A program made the position numbers and the translations under genes. From Minisyncoccota bacterium (lineage in GTDB: Bacteria; Patescibacteriota; Minisyncoccia; Minisyncoccales; GWA2-38-27): a stretch of DNA of 64,000 bases. This document shows positions 58,363 to 64,000 of the stretch, in pieces. The stretch's first letter is position 1, and every line of letters starts with the position of its first letter. Under the pieces are notes generated by a model. That model was not told the DNA's origin, ran no database searches, and saw only the letters and a list, made by a program, of their open reading frames with translations. The stretch covers positions 5,287-69,286 of the forward strand of contig JAQVFW010000002.1 of assembly GCA_028697015.1 (NCBI GenBank), given 5' to 3'.

Positions 58363-58872
58363 TTATTTAATTTGTTTTAATGCATTTATAAGACCTTTTG
58401 TACTGCCCTGGCAAACACTAAGGAAATTTACAATAGGAGCGTTTAAACATGAAAGAAGCGATCCGTAAAGAACTTCTCTTGAAGGCATCAGTGCCAAATC
58501 AGTAACCTTTTCCTTGCTTATGCAAACATTATCAAGCAATCCTCCAAGAATATTAAAACTTTTATTTCCCTTGGAAAAATCAAAAATATCTTTCGCAAAT
58601 CCGAACTCATCGTTGTAATTAAAAATCAATCCAAGTCGGCCGCTAAGAAGAGTTTCATCAAGAGGAATCTCATTCTTTATAAAAGCCATTTTTGTAAGAG
58701 TTTTTTTTGAAACCACAAAATCAGTTGATTTTTCTCTTAATTTTTCCCTTAAAACCAGAACGTCTTTATTTTTTAATCCGTCAATATCGACAAAAACCGC
58801 TGATTTTTGCTTTTTCAGCTTATCTTGCAGTTCTTTTAGTTTTTCTTTTTTTTGTTCTTTTGTTAAAGCCAT
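58363..58872 (-). CDS. rplJ: 50S ribosomal protein L10
   Basis: MALTKEQKKEKLKELQDKL...SAVFVDIDGLKNKDVLVLREKLRE. Start taken at the MAL Met. Confidence 0.85.
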   Translation of the reverse strand: MALTKEQKKEKLKELQDKLKKQKSAVFVDIDGLKNKDVLVLREKLREKSTDFVVSKKTLTKMAFIKNEIPLDETLLSGRLGLIFNYNDEFGFAKDIFDFSKGNKSFNILGGLLDNVCISKEKVTDLALMPSREVLYGSLLSCLNAPIVNFLSVCQGSTKGLINALKQIK

Positions 58873-59026
58873 AAAATTAAAAAGCTGCCCTATAGACAGC
58901 GTGGAAAACATTATTATAAATGCAAATTCACCACCTCGATAAGTCTTACCCCTTTAAGGGAGCTTATTGTCTACGGTAAAGATATATTACAAATTCCTAA
59001 AAAAAAGTCAACCCCTTTATTTAAAA

Positions 59027-59506
59027 TTATCTTCTTTCCCAAACAATGAAAGTAAAATCGTTAAATTCTTCTTTGCTTTTAATTGTCCATTTTTTTGTTT
59101 TCTCAAAATCCGGGAAAAAAACATCTCCTTCAAAATCGCTCTTCATGTGGGATATATATAGGAAATCTGCGTCTTCCATTGCTTGATTATATATTGAGCC
59201 CCCTCCAATAATAAAAATATCGCAATTATTTTTTTTTGCATATTCTTTGGCGCCAGTTAGTCCTTCTTTATAACTATCGTATCTTTCGGCATCGGAAAAA
59301 GATTTTTTTTCTCCCGTTATCACAATATTTTTCCTTCTTGGAAGGGCTTTGCCTATACTCTCGTAAGTTTTTCTCCCCATTAAAACAACATTATTCAATG
59401 TTTTTTCTTTAAAATGGGAAAAATCTTCCTTGCTATGCCAGGGAATTTTACTTCCTTTTCCGATAACGTTATTTTTTGAAACAGCTGCGATTATAATTAT
59501 TTTCAT
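59027..59506 (-). CDS. folA: Dihydrofolate reductase
   Basis: MKIIIIAAVSKNNVIGKGSKIPWHSKEDFSHFKEKT...VVLMGRKTYESIG. Confidence 0.85.
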   Translation of the reverse strand: MKIIIIAAVSKNNVIGKGSKIPWHSKEDFSHFKEKTLNNVVLMGRKTYESIGKALPRRKNIVITGEKKSFSDAERYDSYKEGLTGAKEYAKKNNCDIFIIGGGSIYNQAMEDADFLYISHMKSDFEGDVFFPDFEKTKKWTIKSKEEFNDFTFIVWERR

Positions 59507-59515
59507 TTGGAAAAA

Positions 59516-60691
59516 TTAGTTTTCAATGCACAAGATACGTTTTTTTTCAGCGCATCCTTTTCCTGTAATTTTCAGAAAATCTTCCTCTTCTTCCGTTGAA
59601 AGACCGCCTATCCCCCTTGCGTCTATTGGTAAACCTTGAGAAGTGTAACAGGTTGGAATATCCAAAGAAGGTATAATAGTATTATCTGAAGAAGGAATAT
59701 CGTCAATAACTGTAGCTCTAACTTGTAAATTTTCAGCAAGAAGACGGCTTACTGTTGTCCATCCTTGGCAAGAAACAGTGAAGCTGTAATTGTCCTGAGC
59801 AGTTCTTCCTCTTGGAAAAGTAATTTCAATGCAATTAACTCTATCTGCAGTTCTTATTCTTCCTGTCCATATATTTGAAAATTTTGTAAAAAAATCTTCG
59901 CTGACTTTTTCTTTAACATCGCTTTCTATATCAAAAAAAGATAAAAAACCGTTAAAATCGTTTGATAAAAGCCGATGGCAAGTATCCCCTCTTCCTAGCT
60001 CCCCTTCGGGAGTTGCTTCTACAAAAACCCCGCTTGTTCCCTTTGGTGTCCTTGATAACCGCTCAACGGCCGTATCAATATCTCTGTCTCCTCCTATAAA
60101 AGCAGTCCAACTTCCTTCAAATCCCAAATCTTCAGCTTCTTTCTGGCATATTTCATCGGCTCCTGAAAATCCCTTCAAGTCACCATCATACATTTCATCT
60201 GTGACAAAAACCCTTCTTATACCAGGGTAACTAATAGGAACATACGGTCTATCTTCTGAAACCGACAAGCTGTCACAACTGTCAATATCGGCAAATACGA
60301 TAGAAAAGGGGCCCTTTGAATAATCTATTAAATTTTCTTCTCTGTAAGGATATTCAAAAACGGCAATCCAATAATTATCTCCGTACTTTTGTCCAGGTTG
60401 GATCTTCCAGTTATATTTTCCCTCTCGTCCGTCTAGTTCTTTTGCGATCCATTTTGGTTCTTTACCCATAAAAAGAACTATTCCCACTTTTTCTATATTC
60501 CTCGCTTTCCAAACAATTTCATAAGTTTCGCCTATGAACATTTCCTCCCCGCTTACGGGATAAATAAGCTCTAATTGTTTAATGCCGCTTCCGGAAAGGA
60601 AAACAAAAAGCAAAAGCGCTCCAAGTCCGACAAGGATGATTATAAAGATAAAAATTTTTTCTATATTCATATTTATTTCTAGCGTATTCAT
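59516..60691 (-). CDS. Hypothetical signal-anchored extracytoplasmic Cys-containing protein
   Basis: N-terminal TM (IFIFIIILVGLGALLLFVFL). 391 aa. No domain recognised. Locally GC-richer. Confidence 0.4.
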   Translation of the reverse strand: MNTLEINMNIEKIFIFIIILVGLGALLLFVFLSGSGIKQLELIYPVSGEEMFIGETYEIVWKARNIEKVGIVLFMGKEPKWIAKELDGREGKYNWKIQPGQKYGDNYWIAVFEYPYREENLIDYSKGPFSIVFADIDSCDSLSVSEDRPYVPISYPGIRRVFVTDEMYDGDLKGFSGADEICQKEAEDLGFEGSWTAFIGGDRDIDTAVERLSRTPKGTSGVFVEATPEGELGRGDTCHRLLSNDFNGFLSFFDIESDVKEKVSEDFFTKFSNIWTGRIRTADRVNCIEITFPRGRTAQDNYSFTVSCQGWTTVSRLLAENLQVRATVIDDIPSSDNTIIPSLDIPTCYTSQGLPIDARGIGGLSTEEEEDFLKITGKGCAEKKRILCIEN

Positions 60692-60722
60692 GCAATTTCC
60701 TTAAAATGCAAAAACCGCAAAT

Positions 60723-61331
60723 TTATTGGCAAACAAAATCCACCTTTTCCCTTATATTCCCAACAATTTTTCTTCTATTTTCTACCATTTGAAAAATTTC
60801 TTCCGTTTCTTCTTTTTTGACGTAAAGAGAAGCGTAATAAAGGTCTTCTTTGCAATTTTCTTTAAAGCATGGGTATAAGAAATGAGAAATAAGCTTTTCA
60901 TTTGTTCCTTCCGTGCCTACATATATCATTTTGTAATCTTCTGCTTTGCAAAAAACGGCAATTACGGTTTCTTCGGAAAAAGCAACTGATTCATCTAAAA
61001 TAAACGGTCCTTTAAAATAATACCCTCCCACCTCAATATACTCTACAGAAGGAGGAAAGAAAGAGGCCGGACTTTCCGGAAACTCTATCTCTGTTGTTAA
61101 TTCTTCTTCTTTCTCTTTTTCTGGCGCAAAATAAAATCCTATTAAAAGAAAAAAAATGGATATAATAACAAGAGTGGACAATATTTTTACGGCAAAAGAA
61201 GAAATTTCAAATCCTAAATTGGCTTTGCCTTTTCTAATTAAAAATTCTCCATAGATAAACAGCGAAATAAGGAGCATAAAAAAAATAAGAAGAACAAAGG
61301 ATATAAGGGGAACAAAATCAATTAAATTCAT
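60723..61331 (-). CDS. Hypothetical membrane protein
   Basis: Two N-terminal TM helices. 202 aa. Confidence 0.35.
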   Translation of the reverse strand: MNLIDFVPLISFVLLIFFMLLISLFIYGEFLIRKGKANLGFEISSFAVKILSTLVIISIFFLLIGFYFAPEKEKEEELTTEIEFPESPASFFPPSVEYIEVGGYYFKGPFILDESVAFSEETVIAVFCKAEDYKMIYVGTEGTNEKLISHFLYPCFKENCKEDLYYASLYVKKEETEEIFQMVENRRKIVGNIREKVDFVCQ

Positions 61332-61861
61332 AATATTTTTATAATTTCTCTAGCAAACAGCTCTGATGCTTCCGGCATAGAACCGGTTACTATTTTTCCG
61401 TCAATAGCAACGCTTTTTTCAAAATATATCGCTCCTGAATTCTTTAGTTCCTTTATTGCCGATTTATCCATCTGAGAGCTCCAAACTGTCGCTTTCCTGT
61501 TTTCTAAAACACCGGAGGAAGATAAAATCAAAGGAGCAATACAGATAGCTCCCAATACTTTCTCTTTTTTTTCTGCTTCTCTTGCTATTTCAAGGCATCT
61601 TTCATTTTCAACGTATTTTTCAGCTCCCGGCCCTCCTATAAATACAACCCCATCAAAATCATCAACGTTTAAATTATCAATTAAATCATCAACCTTTGCT
61701 TCCCCTCCGAATTTGCCAATGGCCTTTCCAAGAAAATCGCTAAATGTTTTTACCTGGATCTTTTCTTTCTTGAAAATTTCCTTGGGAATAAAATATTCTT
61801 CATCCCTAAAATCTTTAAAAGCAACAATTAAAGCTATTCTTTTTATCTTTTCTTTTTCCAT
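61328..61861 (-). CDS. DJ-1/PfpI-family protein
   Basis: Nucleophile-elbow Cys in LGAICIAPLIL. 177 aa. Confidence 0.7.
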   Translation of the reverse strand: MEKEKIKRIALIVAFKDFRDEEYFIPKEIFKKEKIQVKTFSDFLGKAIGKFGGEAKVDDLIDNLNVDDFDGVVFIGGPGAEKYVENERCLEIAREAEKKEKVLGAICIAPLILSSSGVLENRKATVWSSQMDKSAIKELKNSGAIYFEKSVAIDGKIVTGSMPEASELFAREIIKIL

Positions 61862-61887
61862 GGCTTTATTCTAACATTCCAAGATAT

Positions 61888-62877
61888 TTATTTCAAATAT
61901 TTTTGTTTTGCAATATTATGTTCTGTCAAATTCCTACTGAAAACAGTTTCTCCTTCAAGCGTAGAAAGATAAAAAAGAAAATCGCTTTTCTCCGGATTAA
62001 TTGATGCAACAATACTTGAAAGTCCCGGATTTGAAATTGGACCCAAAGGAAGCCCTTTATAGAGATATGTGTTATAAGGAGAGTCAATTTTTAATTCTTC
62101 AAGAGAAATTCTCGTGGTTTTCTTTTTTGTAATATAGGCAATCGTTGCATCAACCTGAAGAGGCATTCCAATTTCAAGGCGCTTCCAAAGAATTCCTGAA
62201 ACTATTTTTTTATCTTCAAATGTTCTTACTTCTTTTTCAATAAGAGAAGCCATATTTATTATTTCAAAAATTGTTTTCCCTTTAATAGAAGTATTGTCTA
62301 TTTTTTCTTTAAAATTAGAAAGCATTTTAAAAACAATATCCCTGCAAGAGCTGTTAATATTCATCTCATAGGTGTCTGGAAAAAGATACCCTTCAAGATT
62401 AAGATTCTTTGGCTTGTCTTTTAAAAAAGAAAATTGGTCCGAAAAATCTTCATTAACGATATTAAAAAATTCTTCCTTAGAGCAAATTTCCTGTTCCGCT
62501 AAATAGTTTCCGATATCCTCAATATTCCATCCTTCTATTATCGTAATCCTTTTTTTTATCGTATCTCCTTTTGAAAGCTTAACAATTATATCCTTTACCC
62601 CCATTGAAGGAGAGAGCAAATATTCTCCCGCTTGAAGACTCCTTCTCTGGCCGCTTAAAAAAGCATAGATAATAAAAGAATATCTGTTTTTAATAAAACT
62701 TGATTTTTGAAGATTCTCGGAGATTAAAATAATACCCTCACCTTTTTCAATTGAAAAAGGTAAAAATTCTTCCTTTGTGATATCTTTGGGATTTATTGTT
62801 TTGATAAAAAAAAGAAAAGAAAAAAGCAGAAAAATGATTATAAAAGATGCAAAAATAAAAATAATTGTTTTTTTCAT
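61888..62877 (-). CDS. mltG: Endolytic murein transglycosylase MltG (YceG family)
   Basis: N-terminal TM and LQVDATIAYI...SPYNTYLYKGLPLGPISNPG YceG signature. Confidence 0.8.
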   Translation of the reverse strand: MKKTIIFIFASFIIIFLLFSFLFFIKTINPKDITKEEFLPFSIEKGEGIILISENLQKSSFIKNRYSFIIYAFLSGQRRSLQAGEYLLSPSMGVKDIIVKLSKGDTIKKRITIIEGWNIEDIGNYLAEQEICSKEEFFNIVNEDFSDQFSFLKDKPKNLNLEGYLFPDTYEMNINSSCRDIVFKMLSNFKEKIDNTSIKGKTIFEIINMASLIEKEVRTFEDKKIVSGILWKRLEIGMPLQVDATIAYITKKKTTRISLEELKIDSPYNTYLYKGLPLGPISNPGLSSIVASINPEKSDFLFYLSTLEGETVFSRNLTEHNIAKQKYLK

Positions 62878-62889
62878 AATATATTGATT

Positions 62890-63498
62890 TCAAACCAGAG
62901 GAACAAAAGAAAATCCGTAAAATTCTTTCTTGTCAAAATTGCCGTTTCTCTTTTTTTCCAAAAGAATAATAGATGATTTTACGGGAATTACAATTTTCCC
63001 GCCAGTTTTAAGCTGTTCTTTTAAGCTATCGGGAACAAATTCTGCCTCTGCCGAACATAGTATTTTATCAAAAGGAGCTTCTTTTTTATATCCTTTCTTG
63101 CCGTCTCCAAGAATAAAACTAGCTATCCCCTTTTTTACAAAATTATACTTTGAAACATTTTCTTCTCCAACTTTCAAAAGCTCAGGAATAATTTCAAGAG
63201 CAATAACTTTTCCTTTTTTACCGACAATACAGGACAAAATAGCGGTTGTAAATCCGGATCCAGAACCAATGTCTAAAATCTTTTCTCCTTTTTGAGGAGA
63301 AAGAAGTTCAAGCATAAAAGCAACTGTCAAGGGCTGGGATATTGTTTGACTATATCCAATGGGCAATGCGGAATTTTGTTCTGAAAGTTTTTTTACGTTT
63401 TTGGGAAGAAAATCCTTCCTTTTAATTATTTTAAAGGCCTCTATTATTTCTTTCGTCTTCAGATAACCGTCCTCAATTAAAATACTTGTTAAATCCAC
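62890..63498 (-). CDS. pcm: Protein-L-isoaspartate O-methyltransferase
   Basis: GYSQTISQPLTVAFMLELL and SAM-binding ILDIGSGSGFTTAIL. Confidence 0.8.
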   Translation of the reverse strand: MDLTSILIEDGYLKTKEIIEAFKIIKRKDFLPKNVKKLSEQNSALPIGYSQTISQPLTVAFMLELLSPQKGEKILDIGSGSGFTTAILSCIVGKKGKVIALEIIPELLKVGEENVSKYNFVKKGIASFILGDGKKGYKKEAPFDKILCSAEAEFVPDSLKEQLKTGGKIVIPVKSSIILLEKKRNGNFDKKEFYGFSFVPLV

Positions 63499-63976
63499 GA
63501 TTTTTTAATTTAAACTTTAAGCGGCTAAAGAAAGGAAGCCTGTCAAAAAACAAAATTCCGTAAAGATGGTCTGTTTCATGCTGAAGTATCCTTGAAAGTA
63601 TTCCTGTTGCTTCTATTTCAAGTTCTTCTCCTTTTAGATTAAATCCCTTTATTTTAATATAATCGCTTCTTTTTATTTTTAAGAAAATATCAGGGAAACT
63701 AAGGCATCCCTCTTCTTCGATTGTTTTTTCTTTTCCGTACTTTATTATTTTAGGATTAATTAATTCTTTTATCTGTCCGCTTTCAATGTCAATAAACACT
63801 ATTAATTGCTTGCTTATTCCCACCTGAGGAGCGGCAAGCCCAACTCCTTCCTCTTCTGCCATTTTTTCTTTCATAGCGAAAACAAGCCATTCCAGTTCTC
63901 TGTTAAAATGCTTTATTTCCTCTGTTTTCTTCCTTAAAACAGGATCATTAAATTTTCTTATTTCAAAATCTTTCAT
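63473..63976 (-). CDS. def: Peptide deformylase
   Basis: GVGLAAPQVG, EGCLSFP and HETDHL motifs. Confidence 0.9.
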   Translation of the reverse strand: MKDFEIRKFNDPVLRKKTEEIKHFNRELEWLVFAMKEKMAEEEGVGLAAPQVGISKQLIVFIDIESGQIKELINPKIIKYGKEKTIEEEGCLSFPDIFLKIKRSDYIKIKGFNLKGEELEIEATGILSRILQHETDHLYGILFFDRLPFFSRLKFKLKNRGFNKYFN

Positions 63977-64000
63977 GGGTATTATTCTAGCATATTTTAG

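Overview
Low-GC (~30%), gene-dense, mostly minus-strand chromosomal segment with the hallmarks of a CPR/Patescibacteria-type reduced genome. Long uninterrupted ORFs and an RF1 gene indicate the standard genetic code.

The left end holds a 5'-truncated large serine recombinase gene whose 3' end converges on and overlaps a tRNA-Ile(GAT). Next comes a YbaK-type deacylase gene and a solitary 16S rRNA gene (~2291..3777, minus) with its own sigma70-like promoter and intrinsic terminator; no 23S/5S is in the window. Between the 16S and a tRNA-Thr(TGT) sits a GC-richer three-gene operon (tandem-HTH protein, small ORF, ParB/Srx-like nuclease-HTH protein) that looks horizontally acquired.

The rest is housekeeping:
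- translation: tsf, rpsB, rpmE, prfA, rplY, rplJL, argS, def;
- glycolysis and central carbon metabolism: PfkB kinase, class II aldolase, ppsA, acs, gap, gpmA, eno, pyk;
- a complete V/A-type ATPase operon in G-I-K-E-C-F-A-B-D order;
- thiol-redox genes: trxB, a thioredoxin, glutaredoxins;
- ftsZ, galU, mscS, mgtE, folA, mltG, pcm, a family-4 uracil-DNA glycosylase and a HIT protein.

Features that stand out:
1. A near-perfect 2,679-bp tandem duplication (11191..13869 and 13870..16548) carrying ferredoxin, a secreted Cys-rich protein, class II aldolase and a PfkB kinase. Its breakpoints lie inside ppsA and rplY, creating a chimeric rplY'-'ppsA mini-ORF at the junction.
2. An 821-aa protein that fuses a PP-loop (GGGKDS) / Cys-cluster domain to a complete MurD ligase.
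3. Two paralogous Cas4/RecB-like Fe-S PD-(D/E)XK nucleases with no cas genes nearby.
4. A glutaredoxin-domain fusion/fission trio of adjacent genes.
5. A 16S 3' tail that appears to lack the canonical CCUCC anti-Shine-Dalgarno.

No CRISPR array was seen.
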